Under the pieces are notes generated by a model. It was not told the DNA's origin, did not search any database, and saw nothing but the letters and a program-made list of their open reading frames with translations. From assembly GCF_009914755.1 (NCBI RefSeq), contig NC_060925.1: a stretch of DNA of 64,000 nucleotides; one strand, 5' to 3'. Source of the DNA: the human T2T-CHM13v2.0 reference genome, Homo sapiens. Made by a program: the position numbers and the translations under genes. Shown here in pieces: positions 1 through 14,619 of the stretch; position 1 is the first letter of the stretch, and each line of letters begins with the position of its first letter.

Positions 1-2491
1 GAGGTTCTACTAACTGCTAAGTATATCTGTTCCTTATGCATCCTGAAACTGGGGAAATAACTACAGGATGGGTTTGGGGACCCACTGGGCCCCCTGAGAG
101 ATGGAACTGAACTAAAATTCCATTAATCACCTGGCCCCCATAATCCCCTACTCTGATTGGAGTGCCACAGTGACATTTTGAGTCTCCTGGAATCAAGGTC
201 AGTTCAGAGTCAGTGTCCAGTAGTCTCTGAAAGGTCTGATGATTTTATTTTCCCCAATGCAGAGTTACTGTGATTAAAGACTATAGGTCCCTTTGAGGAA
301 GGTTGAGGGAAAGATGAACAGCATAAATTTTTGGTAGTGCACCAAGATCCTTCCTCCAGGGGACCTGTATTTCCCTTAATTCAAGGGGTTCTGGATCTGT
401 AAACTGGCTCAAGTCTGGGAATTCATTGAGGGATTGACTCTTTTTAAAAATGATTTGAGTTAGACTTATTGTTCACTTGACCTGGAACCTTTCTGCTTAT
501 GCAGATCATTTCTAGGAATACCATGATTAACTAGTCAACGCCATAAGTCTGCAGGAGTCAGGTTATTCCTATTGCTGCTTTGGCTCTGCTGTCCATTATA
601 GTAACTATGCCCACCATACCTTTGACAGTTTAGTGCTGCTACTTGGCCCCTGCCACCACATAATCTAATTACTCTGACTACCTTCGTTTTCCAGTTCAGT
701 GGCTGTGATTCCCACTGTAAGATCTGGCCTACAGAAGAGAGTGATCAAGGATGTTGGAGAACCCTTCATAAATTTCATTTATTTATTTATTTAAAGATGG
801 AGTCTTGCTCTGTCACCCAAGCTGGAGTGCAGTGGCGTGATCTAGGCTCACTGCAACCTCTACCTCCTGGGTTCAAGTGATTCTTCTGCCTCAACCTCCT
901 GAGTAGCTGGGATTACAGGTGTCCGCCACCACACCCAGCTAATTTTTTTGTGTATTTACTTTCAGTAGAGATGGGATTTCACCATGTTAGCCCAGCTGGT
1001 CTCAAACTCCTGACCTCAACTGATCTGCCCGCCTTGGTCTTCCAAAGTGCTGGGACTACACCCTCATAAATTTATTTCTGAAAGTATTGTGCAAGATATG
1101 ACTTCTGGACTCTCTTTGTATGGGTTAGTAGGTCTTAAATGACAAATCCATTGTAACATTCAAATTTTCCCAAGCCTTTGAACCCCTTCCTCTACATTAA
1201 ACCAGAGAGATCGGGCATTTCCAACTCGCTCATCATGGGCCACCTTTTGATCCATGTTTCAGCCAAAAAACAAATGATTAGAGCCCTAACTTCCCCAAGA
1301 GGCAACATTAAATGCAGAATCTCTGCTTAGTGGGTCCATATCAATAAATTAGGCCTGTAAAGAAGGAGCAGGATTGGAAAATAATAAATTAGGCCATCCA
1401 ACTTTATGTTCCTTCTGCCATTATTATATACTTTTAATATCCATTCCCACACATTCCCTAAATTTATGCTTATATAAGAAGAAAACTCAAATAATTCTTT
1501 TGGAATATAACATATCTTCTCATGAGCCATAAATCACTTTAAGGGCCTGCTGGGACTTGAGTCTAGTTAGGGGTGTAGAAGAAAGAGGAGAGGTGGGGAT
1601 GAGTCCTGAGAAGAATCAACATTATCTTGCTTAGCAACTGCTTTAGTGGAGGCCACTACCATCCCTCAGGCAATTTAGGATTAATCCCATTGGGCAGAGG
1701 TAGAAAAGCCAGTACCACTGCAGTGGGGGAGGTCATTTTTGTTGGGAGTAAGGAAGCCACTTTTGCTGGGGTTGGGGAAGCCACTTCTGTTGAGAGTAGG
1801 CAGGCAACTTTTTCTGGGGGTGGAAAGAACTCTTCCACTAGCAAAAGAGACTTATCAGGATTTAAGACTCAATGTCCTCAGCTTCATTAGGGTCTTCCCC
1901 TAAGTCCCCATCCTAATATATTGGATGGGACATTATTTCCCAATGAATACCCTCACTTCAACAGTAGGCAGGGTGTAAGGCTGCCTACTTACACCCTGTA
2001 GTAAGGCTGCGTGTTCAATTTGCATTGTAATTCAGCCAATTACAAGATGAAATCTTCTGTTTCATTTGCAGCAATTTCAGTACTGAGGTTTTAGGAGATA
2101 AGGCTCTCCCTCAGGGCACATGTAGAAGCTCTTAGATCATTTATTTGAAGCTCAAGCTGGTAATTTGAATCTCTGAGCTCATCCTCCTCTTTCACCATTT
2201 TGTTCAGTGACATTAGGAGCAACCAACCAATGGCATTATATTCCTTGGTTTTCCAAAAATGTTTGAAAGTATCATATACAGAGTTACTTAGGTTTTTACT
2301 TCTTATATTTGGTAAACTAGGAGCATCTAATGCATATCTTTATAAATAGTTCATGCAATAGACTACTATAGAGTCCTTAGCATCTTGAAATCTAAGATGA
2401 TTGAAGAGCCAATTCCATAAGCCCCAAAACCAATTCAGCAAACTCATCCTTAAAATTCTGTTGCTCTAGAACCACTCTCAGTATCGAAATC
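1..2491 (-). mobile_element. ERVL (HERVL/ERVL-B4-like) internal region: PBS, degraded gag and protease
   Basis: PBS-like GATTTCGATACTGAGAGTGGTTCTAGAG directly after the LTR; protease frame QRLLDTDSELTLIPGD...GGQVINGIL with catalytic DTG changed to DTD at 217-209. Confidence 0.85.
776..1060 (-). mobile_element. 5'-truncated AluS inserted in ERVL
   Basis: Alu consensus; TSD-like cc(t)tcataaattt on both flanks. Confidence 0.9.
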
Positions 2492-3058
2492 TGCATTAGT
2501 CAGGGTTCTCGAAAAAACCAGAACCAATAAGATATTTATACAGATATTAAGGGCAGATATATTATAAGAATTGGTTCAAGTGATTGTAGAGGCCAAGAAG
2601 TCCGTCCCATGATATACTGCCTGCACACTGGAGAAACAGGAAATATGGTAGTGAAATTCAGTGTGAATTTGAAAGCCTGAGAAACAGGGGAGCCAATGAT
2701 ATAACTCCCAATCCAAGGCTGGGGGCCTGAGACCCAGGTGGCTGCTGCTCTGACTCCTGAAGTCTGAAGGCCTAAGAATCAGGAGCTCCAATGTCCAAAG
2801 GAAGGAAATGGATGTCCCAGCTAAAGAGAGAGAGAGAGAATTCCCCCCTCCTCTACCTTTTTATTCCATTCAGATGGGCCCTCAATGAGTTGGATAAGAC
2901 CTGCTAACACTAGGGTGGGTGAATCATTTTTACTCAGTACGCTGACCCAAATGCTAATCTCTGGGAATACTCTAAAAACATACCCAGAAATAATGTTTTA
3001 CTAGCCATTTGGGTCTTCCTTAACCCAGTCAAGTTGACACATAAAATTAACCATTATA
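2492..3058 (-). mobile_element. MLT2-family LTR (5' LTR of the ERVL)
   Basis: Minus strand begins TATAATGGTTAATTTTATGTGTCAACTTGACTGGG and ends GAGAACCCTGACTAATGCA. Confidence 0.85.
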
Positions 3059-3372
3059 CCATTCAAAGCCTGCCAGACACATCCTCTGACCCAGGTGCCC
3101 AGCTTGGGGGTGGAAGAGATCCAGTATAGGAAGTAGGTATTTTGAGAGCACATTCAAGGCAGACTTAGGAAACAAAATCCCAAAGGCAGCCAAAAGAATA
3201 CTAATTTGAATCCTCCAAAAAGGTTATCTTCAAACTGGGTATTCATACCTGTGGATGTCCAAAAAAATTTCCAAGGAATATGTGAACATATTTAGCTTTA
3301 AGGGAATCGATGTCCAAATCCCGATCTTTACTTTCTGCATGTACTCTTTTCAAAAACTAATCTTCCTGAGAG

Positions 3373-3887
3373 GAGTAACATCAGTAATACAGCATAATAG
3401 GACATCTCAGACCTTGTTCCTCCATAGACACTGACTTAATATATGGTCCAAAAAGCTTTTATGAGAATTCTAGAAACTAGTGCCTGAGGCAAGTTCAAAG
3501 TCAAGAACAGCTATATTAAAATGGGTAAGAAGAAACATTTTCATTTAACCTACAATAGCCCTTTCCCAAAGCCAGTACAGCTTGGTGCTTTCAGGAGTAA
3601 ATGCCCAACTTGAAGCTTCTACCTTGAGAGTGAAACAGAAGAGTAGAATGTGCGTCCAACATTCAGGCTTTTCAGGGGGCTCCCTGAGGGACCGGTTTCT
3701 GTCTTGCCTGACACTGAGTGCTGATAAAGTTAAAAAAAAAATTATATATATATATATATATACACACACGTATATATATACATATATGTGTATATGTATA
3801 TGTGTATATATACACATATATACACATATATACATATATACACATATATATACATATATACACATATATATACACATATATACACAT

Positions 3888-3918
<31 letters not shown>

Positions 3919-5045
3919 CATACATACATACACATCCCCTGGGGACTGCTGAGAACAAGAGACATCAACAGCTTGTTGTAGACCCTGAGAACTTGCAGTA
4001 CTGTAGACAGACACCAGAGAGAGCAAGAGACCACAAGCTTCTGAAAAGACACCAGCAAACCTCTCGAATTGGGAAATCACAGGCACAAGCCCAAGAATAC
4101 GTATCTCCAGAAAAGGTTTGAGAGACCACTCCCCCAAACTGTTAGTTGAGCTGAATGTTTAAGGTTTTCCCCTTTATGAAGCCAATCCATTAAAACTGGA
4201 AGACATGGTCATTTTTTCAAATCCACAAACTCTTGCAAAAAATAACAAGACATATGATGATAGTGGGAAACATGGTCCAGAGGACCAACTATGTATCAGA
4301 AATGGAACCCTAAAGAAACAGAGATCTATGAATTACCTGACAACGAATTCAAAATAATCATCTTAAAGAGGCTCAGTGGGCTACAAGAGAATCAGATACA
4401 CAAATGAAACCAGGAAGTGACCCATAAAAACCAGAATACCAACAAAGACGCAGAGGCCGGGTGCAGTGGCTCAGGCCTGAAATTCCAGCACTCTGGGAGG
4501 CTGAGGCAGGAGGATTACATGAGCCCAGGTGTTTGAGACCAGCCTGGGCAATAGAGTGAGACCCTGTCTCTAAAAAGAAAAAAAAGAATCTGTTAAGAAA
4601 AAGACCAAATGGAAATTCTGGAGTTGAAAAAAACAATAACTGAATTGAACAATTCACTAGAAGGGATCATAACAGATCTAATTGAGCAGAAGAAACAATC
4701 AGGAAATTTGAGACAGGTTATTTGAAATTACTGAGTCAGGGGAAACAAAAGAAAAGATGAAGAAAAGTTAAGAAAGCCTAAGGGACTTATGGGATACAAT
4801 ATATGATCCAAAGAAGCCATCCCTGAGACACATAATAAACTGTCAAAAGTCAAAGAGAGACTCTGAAGGCAGCAAGAGTAAAGTGACTCATCAAGCACAA
4901 GGGAGCTCTTATAAAATTATCAGCAGATTTCTCAGCAGAAACCTTACAGGACAGAAGGGAGTGGGATGATATATTCAGAGCACTGAAAGAAAACCTGCCA
5001 AGCAAGAATAGTATTCAGGAAAACTGTCCTTCAGAAACGAAGGAC
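3373..5045 (+). mobile_element. Old L1M 5' region and ORF1 remnant, with an Alu monomer at 4456-4590
   Basis: A-rich ORF1-like text (gaattacctgacaacgaattcaaaata, gcagatttctcagcagaaacctta). Confidence 0.7.
3742..3932. repeat. Compound (TA)n/(CA)n/(TACA)n microsatellite
   Basis: Directly visible. Confidence 0.97.
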
Positions 5046-5376
5046 AGAAATTTGGTTTCCGGTCCAGCATGTAAGGAGCTTAGAAGGTAACACTCCATCT
5101 AAACAGGTTAAAAGGCTGAGCAACAATAACAAAACCAAACAAAAGCTGAACAACTCTTCTTAGATTTGTTAGAGGAATGAGACCACTAGGCAGATTGCTG
5201 CCGCCAAAATTGGAGAGACAGGAAATACAGGCAGTCACAAGTTACTGGAAATGCAACAGATGAGCAGAAGCCTCTACAGGAGGTTTGAAAACAGGAATAG
5301 GAAAACCTAAACTGTAACTGCCCCAATTTTTGGAGAAACAGTGTGGACAACTCAGAGAGTTAAAAATTCCACCAGG

Positions 5377-5672
5377 GGCCAGGCATGGTGGCTCACACCT
5401 GTAATCCCAACACTTTGGGAGGCTGAGGTGGGAGGATTGCTTGAGCTCAACAGTTTAAGACCAGGCTAGGCAACATGGCAAGACCCCGTCTCTTTAAAAA
5501 CTTTAAAAATTAGCTGGGTTTGGTAGTGCACTCCACTAGTCGCAGCTCCTCAGGAGGCTAAGGCAGGAGAATCGCTTGAGCCCAAAGGGGTTGAGGCTGC
5601 AGTGAGCCATGAGCATGTCACTGCACTCCAGTCTGGGTGACAGAGCAAGACCCTGTCTCAAAAGAAAAAAAA
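5377..5672 (+). mobile_element. AluJ
   Basis: Alu dimer with A tail. Confidence 0.9.
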
Positions 5673-6184
5673 CATTCCAGGGGTACTGAGTTATGGAGAT
5701 GCCCCAACACTTTTGTGATTTTTACCTCTCAGAGCTCTACCAGATCCTCACAGTAAATCTCAGAGAAAAATCCCTTCATGCTTCTAGCAGAGGGAGGGGA
5801 AATAAACCATTTTGCAGTATGCCAAAGCATTCTGTTGTTTTTAAAAAGGTCTACCCTCAGGAGAAAGAATTTTGCCAGAGCCTAACCTACCCCAGGGAAG
5901 GGAAATACCCAACTCCAGCAGTCTGCAGCCTCCCACCTGGGGGAAAGGAAATACCAACTCCAGCTTCCTCTAAGCTTCCCTGTAGGAGAAGGGAGATACC
6001 CAACTTCAGTCTCCTCTAGTGGTTTTGCCCCCACCTAAGGGGAAAAAACAAAAGCTGAGAAGCACTGGTGAAGTTCACAGCCTAGACCCAAAGCCTCACC
6101 AAAAAACTGAGACCTAATAATAGAACTGTAGAACACTTCTCCCTCCTGCAACACCGCACTTCTACATTACTAAAGATCTATATC

Positions 6185-6390
6185 TTTTTTTTTCCCCCAA
6201 GACGGAGTCTCACTCTGTCGCCCAAGCTGGTGTGCAGTGGCTCAATTATAGCTCACTGTAGCCTCAAATTCCTAGGCTCAAGTGCTCCTTCTGCCTGAGC
6301 CTCCCAAATAGCTGGGACTACAGACATGCTTAGTTAAGGTTTTGTTGTTGTTTGTTTGTTTAGAGATAGGTCTCACTCTGTTCCCCAGGC
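6185..6390 (-). mobile_element. Partial AluJ
   Basis: Reverse Alu right arm plus part of left arm. Confidence 0.8.
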
Positions 6391-6578
6391 TCTAAAGGCC
6401 TATTTACCACAGTTCCATTTACCCAGTACAAAACTGCTCATTTTTTTCCAACAAAAAAATTAGAAGGCACATTAAAAGAAAAAAAACCACAGCTTGAACA
6501 AATAGTGCAACCATCAGAAGCAGACACAGACATAGCAGGGATGTTGGAATTCCCCTAATCGGAATTTAAAACTACTAT

Positions 6579-8013
6579 TGTGTCTGAAATTGGTGGGCTC
6601 TTGGTCTCACTGACTTCAAGAATGAAGCTGCGAACCCTCGCAGTGACTGTTAACAGTTCTCAAATGTTGTGTGTCCAGAGTTGATTTCTTCTGATGTTCA
6701 GACGTGTTCAGAGTTTCCTCCTTCTGGTGGGTTTGTGGTCTTGCTGGCTTCAGGAGTGAAGCTGCAGACCTTCACGGTGCTACAGCTCATAAAGGCAATG
6801 GGGACCAAAACAGTGGGCAGCACCAAAATTTATTGCAAAGAGCAAACGAACAAACCCTCCACACCACAGAAGAGCAGCCAAGCACATTGCCACTGCTAGC
6901 TCCGGCAGCCTGCTTTTATTCCCTTATCTGACCCCACCCACATCCTGCTGATTGGCCCATTTTACAGAGAGCTGATTGGTCCATTTTACAGAGAGCTGAT
7001 TGGTCTGTTTTACAGAGAGCTGATTGGTCCATTTTGACAGGGAGCTGATTGGTGCATTTACAATCCCTGAGCTAGACACAGAGTGCTGATTGGTGTATTT
7101 ACAATTCTCTAGCTAGAGGTAAAAATTCTCCAAAACCCCACCAGATGAACTAGACACAGAGCACTGATTGGTGCATTTACAAACCTTGAGCTAGACACAG
7201 AGTGCTGATTGGTGTATTTACAATCCTTCAGCTAGACATACAGTTTCTCAAAGTCCCCACCAGATTAGCTAGATACAGAGTGCTGATTGGTGCATCCACG
7301 AGCCCTGAACTTGAGACAGAGTGCTGACTGGTGCATATACAATCCTCTGGCTAGACATAAAAGTTCTCCAAGTCCCCATCCAACTCAGGAGCACAGCTGG
7401 CTTCGCGGAGTGGATCCCGCTCCAGGGCTGGGTGCGGAGATGCCTGCCAGTCCCGTGCCATGCACCTGCATGCCTCAGTCCTTGCACAGTTGATGGGACT
7501 GGGCACTGCGGAGCAGGGGGCGGCACCCGTCGGGGAGGCTGGGGCTGCGTGGGAGCCCACCGCCACAGGGCTTGGGCATGGTGGGCTGCAGGTCCTGAAC
7601 CCTGCCCTGCAGAGAGGCAGCTGAGGCCTGGTGAGAATTCGAGTGTGGCCCAGGCCGGCAGTGCTGGGGGACCCGGCGCCCCCTCCGCAGCTGCTGGCCC
7701 GGGTGCTAAGCCCCTCACTGCCCTAAGCCAGCGGCGCCAGCCGGCCACTCTGACTGCGGGGCTCAGAGCCCACACCCACCCGGAACTCACGCTGGCCCGC
7801 TAGTGCTGTGGGCAGCCCCAGTTCCCGCCCGCGACTCTCCATGCTCACCTCCCTGCAAGCAGAGGGAGCTGGCTCCAGCCTCGGCCAGCCCAGAGAGGGG
7901 CTCCCACGGTGCAGCGGCAGGCTGAAGAGCTCCTCAAGCATGGCCAGAGCGGATGCCAAGGCCGAGGAGGTGCTGAGAGCGAGCAAGGGCTGCTAGCACG
8001 TTGTCACCTCTCA
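6579..8013 (-). mobile_element. Solo LTR12-family (ERV9) LTR, 1435 bp
   Basis: TGAGAGGTGAC...GACACA termini; 4-bp TSD CTAT (6575-6578 and 8014-8017); tandem CCAAT repeats 6951-7290. Confidence 0.95.
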
Positions 8014-9405
8014 CTATGATTAATACGTTAAGAGCTCTAATGGAAAAAGTAGATAACATGCAAAAACAGATGGACAATTTAAACAGAAAGATAAAAATTA
8101 TAAGAAAGAATAAAAAAGAAATGATAGAGATAAGAAAAAAACCACTAACAAATGAAGAAAGCTTTTGATGGACTCATTAGTACACTGCAAATGGCTGGAG
8201 AAAAAAGAACCTCTGAGCTTGAGGATATGTCAACAGAAACTTTGAAAACTGAAAGTGAAGAGAAAAAAGACATGAAAAAAATGAGAAAGAATATCTAATT
8301 ACAAAAAGTATAATATAGGCATAATGAGAATACCTGAAGAAGAAAGAGAGAAAGGAACAACAGAAACATTTGAAGCAATAATGCCTGAGAATTTCACCAA
8401 ATTAGTGCCAGACACCAAACCACAGATCAGGAAGCTCAGAAATAACCAAGCAAAATAATGCCAAAAACAAACAAACAAATAAACTACACCTAGACATATA
8501 ATATTCAAGCTGCAGAAAATTAAAGATGAAGAAAAAATTTTGAAAGAAGCCAGAGGAAAAAAGCCACTTACCTATAGGGGAGCAAAAATAAGAATTATAT
8601 CCAACTTCTTCTCAGAAATCACGTAAGCAAGAAAATAATGGAGTGGAATACTTAGTGTTGAAAGAGAAAAAGCCAAAAACCTAGGATTCTATACACAGTT
8701 TTAAAGCAATCAGATTAAAATAAATAATAAAAATTATATCAGCAATCAATGAATTGAAAACAGGAAATCAATAGTGAAAATCAACATAACCAAAACCTGT
8801 TTCTTTGTAAAAATCAGTAAAATCATAAGGTTCTAGCAAAGCTAACTAAGAAAAAAAGAGAAAAGACATGAATTACAAATACTGAAAATGAAAGAGAGGA
8901 GATCAATTCAAATCCCATGGATGTTAAAAGAATAATACATGAATATTATGAACAACTCTATGCCCACAGATTTGACAACCCAGATGAAATGGACCAATTC
9001 CTTGAAAGACACAATCTGTTAAAACTCACACAAGAAGTAGACAATCTGAAACAGGCTTGCATCTGTTAAAGAAACAGAATCAATAAATAATAAACTCCTC
9101 AAACAAAAAGTACTAGGCTCAGATGGATCCACTAGTGAATTCTACCAAACATTTAAGAAAAAAATTATACCAATTTTCTAAACATCTTCCAGAAGATAGA
9201 AACAGCTCATTCTATGAGGCCAGTATTACCCTAATATTAAAACCAGACAAATACATTACAAGAAAACTACAAATCGATTTGTCAATTTAAAATAAATAAA
9301 TAAATTTAAAAGAAAACTACAGACAAGTATCTCTCATGAAAATAAATGCAAAAATCCTTAACAAAATATTAGCAAAGCACACCCAATGATGCATTAAAAA
9401 AATTA

Positions 9406-10564
<1,159 letters not shown>

Positions 10565-11189
10565 GTATTTCACAATATCCATCATTCATTCCTGATAAAA
10601 ACTCTCAGGAAACTAGAAATAGAGGGAAACTTCCTCAACTTGATTAAAGAATGTTTACAAAAAACCTACAGCTAAATATTATACTTAATGGTGAAAAATG
10701 TGAAGCATTATTGTTGCTAAGATCAGGAACAAGGCAAGGATGTCCTCTTCACTATTCCTTTCCAACACTGTATTGGAAGTCCTAGCTTATGCAACAAGAC
10801 AACAAAATGAAATAAAAGGTATACTGATTGGTAATGATGAAATTAAACTGTTGTTGTTGGCTGATGACATGATCGTCTATATAGAAAATCCAAAAGTATC
10901 TACAAAATAACCACTGGAACTAATAAGCAATTAATTATAGCAACATTGCAGGATACAAGGTTAATATACAAAAGTCATTTGCTTTCTATATGCCAGCAAT
11001 GAACAAGTGGAAATTAAAACATACTACCATTATATTAGCACCCCCCATATTGAAATACTTATGTATAAATCTAATAATATATATACAAAATCTCCTATTT
11101 TGTGGATATGGATATAGTAACACTGTGGTATATTGTTTGAATATATAAAGAAGAGTAATGTAAGAGTTTTATTGTAAAATGACAATATC

Positions 11190-11513
<324 letters not shown>

Positions 11514-11605
11514 TCAGAAATTAAATCTCCTGCAAATATTTGAATTTAAGAAGACAAATTTGTAACTTCAATCTAAAAATAAGCAAAGAGATAGTTTTTC
11601 AAATT

Positions 11606-11909
11606 CTTTTTTTTTTTTTTTTTGAGACAAGTTCTTGCTTTGTCTCCCAGGCTGGAGTACAGTGGTGTGATCATAGCTCACACATTGCAACCTTGACCTC
11701 CTGGCCTCAAGCAATCCTCCCACCTCAGCCTCCTGAGTAGCTGGGACTATGGGCATGCACCACCACACTCAACTAACTCTTGTATTTTTTGTAGAGACAG
11801 GGTTTCGCCATGTTGTCCAGGCTGGTCTCAAACTCCTGAGCCCAAGTGATCCACCCTCCTTGGTCTCCCAAAGTGCTGAGATTACAGGTGTGAACCACCA
11901 GGCCTGGCC
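11606..11909 (-). mobile_element. AluJ
   Basis: Reverse Alu dimer. Confidence 0.9.
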
Positions 11910-12363
11910 TCAAAATTCTTTTAGGAAGTATGTGAGCAAAAAAATTTGAAGATAACTACTCTAGAAGAAAGACAGAGATGTGGAATTCGTTTTGAGACAG
12001 TGGCAGAAGATGGAAAAACTGATATCCTAGGTTGGGGTCAAAACCACCTTCCTCTTGAACCATAATTCAAAATCAAGCTCTTTGTCCATGACAATTGTGA
12101 CGCACTGGGATCCAGTCCTTTATGAGGAGACTAGGACAAAAACAGTGAGTCCAAGAACAAAGGAAATCCATTACCACTTAATAAACACGCTTAAGTCTTC
12201 TCATCCATTGCTTCATGCAAACGTGTATGGAATAACTTTTGTAAGAGATCGCACATTTTAAGGGGAAATTTGTGATTCCCCTGCTCCCTGATAAAAACTG
12301 GGTAAAGGAAAGCCCAAGTAAATTGACAGGTCCTTACCAGCTGTCATTTCAAAGCATTAGTCA

Positions 12364-12815
<452 letters not shown>

Positions 12816-13789
12816 AAAAGATCCCTGGGAATTCACAGAAACCTTGGGGGTGATTACCAGACTTTCTGAAACATTTGGAAGGGGGAAGATGATGTAACTC
12901 CAGCCGATATCTGCATTACAATATATATTATTTCATTTTAATATTACAACAGAAAAGAAACAGAAGATCAGAAAGGTGAAGTGACTTGCCCAAGATTATT
13001 CAGCTAAATAGCAGTGCAGGAATCTTAAATCAGCTATTTCTGACTCCAGAAACCATATTTTTTCCAAGACCCAGCACAACTGAGGAGAAAACGTGGCAAC
13101 AAGTGTGTACTCAGTTAGGTAATGGTTCAAAGAATTGAGCAAATGCTTCATAGAGAAAGTGACAGCTAATTTGGTATTTTGATATCAGATAATCTTATGG
13201 AGAGACCAAAGGCAGACCAGGAGAAAGGGGATTGAACAAAAAGTTTTAGGGTGAGGAGTTGTCCTGGGAACATAGAGTACATCAAGCTTCACTGGAGATT
13301 AGGGTGTGGAAGGAGTGTATTGGAAGATAAGGTCTGCAAAGGCCAGAATGTGGTTAAGGAATTTGGGCTTTATCATGAGAAAGTGGGGAGTATTAACCCA
13401 CAGAATAATGTGGTCAGAACACATTTTTAGGAAGATCATTTGGGAAGCCAGGGTCAGGGTTACCAGATGGATTTGTTGTAGTAGGACCAGTCAAGGGTTC
13501 CCTCCAAAGCAACGTAGTATCTCTGAAACCCTGAAAGTGTGAGGTTAAACCCTGCCCTGATCAAAATGTTCACAAAACAGCCACTAGTTGGCAGGAATGT
13601 GCCAATGAATGGATGAGCCAGACTCCCAACTAGCAGCTTCTGTTCTCTCACTCCTTGAGCTGTGGTGGGGTGTGATCACCTAGTGGATAACAGGAGTAGG
13701 TGGGAGGGCAGTCTCTTCGGAGGAAACTTCAGAGGCCCAGAGGAGAAGGAGAACGTGATCAGAGAACAGAGTGGATGGATGGCTGGAGG

Positions 13790-14150
13790 ATAGGGTTGGG
13801 GTTGAGTGGGGGCAGTGGTGAGGTCGAGAGCTTGATCATGAATGACTTGAATTTTCAGGTTAAGAAACACAGACATTATCCTGAGAGAAATGAGGAACCC
13901 AGGAAGGTTTTTAAGTAGGAGAGAGACATAACTAGATTTGAATTTTAGGAAGATCATCGATTGCAGTGTGGAGAATGAGGAGGAAGCAGGAAGCACAGAG
14001 ATCAGTGAGAAGGCAGTTGCAGTGATCCTGGGAGAGGTGATGAGTGGCCAGCAGTAGGCCCAGCAATTGCAATGGACAGACGGACCAGAACTGTAGGAGA
14101 CTTATGAAATAAAAATCACAGAATGAAAAAGGGGTCATTAAAAATGTAGT
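13790..14150 (-). mobile_element. L2 fragment
   Basis: ttttaggaagatcatcgattgcagtgtggagaatg resembles reverse L2. Confidence 0.6.
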
Positions 14151-14619
14151 TGACAGAAAAGAATGATATCCTTTCCCTATTATTAAATACATCCTGAATT
14201 GTCAGATCGTCTACCTAAAATTGCACTGTAAGAATTCAGATTTCAGAACTTCTTGGCTTCTAAATTCTACTTCATTCATTCAATAATCCTGACCAGAGTC
14301 TGTGGTGGGAAGTGGGGACCAAGGAATGGCTCAGTCCTGTTCCTGCGGCAGCTGCCCTACCCCCCCAACCCCCGCCCTCGTCCCCGCCCCCGCCCCCAAT
14401 GTGGTGGAAAGACACTCAATTCCGGTACAGCGTGGAGAGCGCTTTGATGGAGGAAATACAAGCCGATGTAGTGTTCCCGGGAAAACCTGATCCAGAAGGC
14501 TTCCAGGGAGAGGAGATTTTGCGCCTAAGATTTCAAATGAAAGATCTCATAACACTGTCAGTGAAACAACTAAGCACTGCTGGGAAAAGATGGTGGCCTG
14601 GAGAACAGTCCCGTTATCT

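Noticed and set aside
3545-4137. ORFs of 87-179 aa rich in Y/I/H/T or V/C/M
   Set aside because: Artefacts of the stop-free (TA)/(CA) microsatellite.
5895-6020. Three ~46-bp degenerate repeats
   Set aside because: Best explained as part of the old L1 5' UTR.
6951-7335. Regularly spaced repeats resembling a CRISPR array
   Set aside because: These are the standard CCAAT-containing LTR12 U3 repeats; spacers are not unique and the DNA is human.
7269-7996. ORFs of 160-173 aa
   Set aside because: Inside the GC-rich U3 of LTR12; no coding hallmarks.
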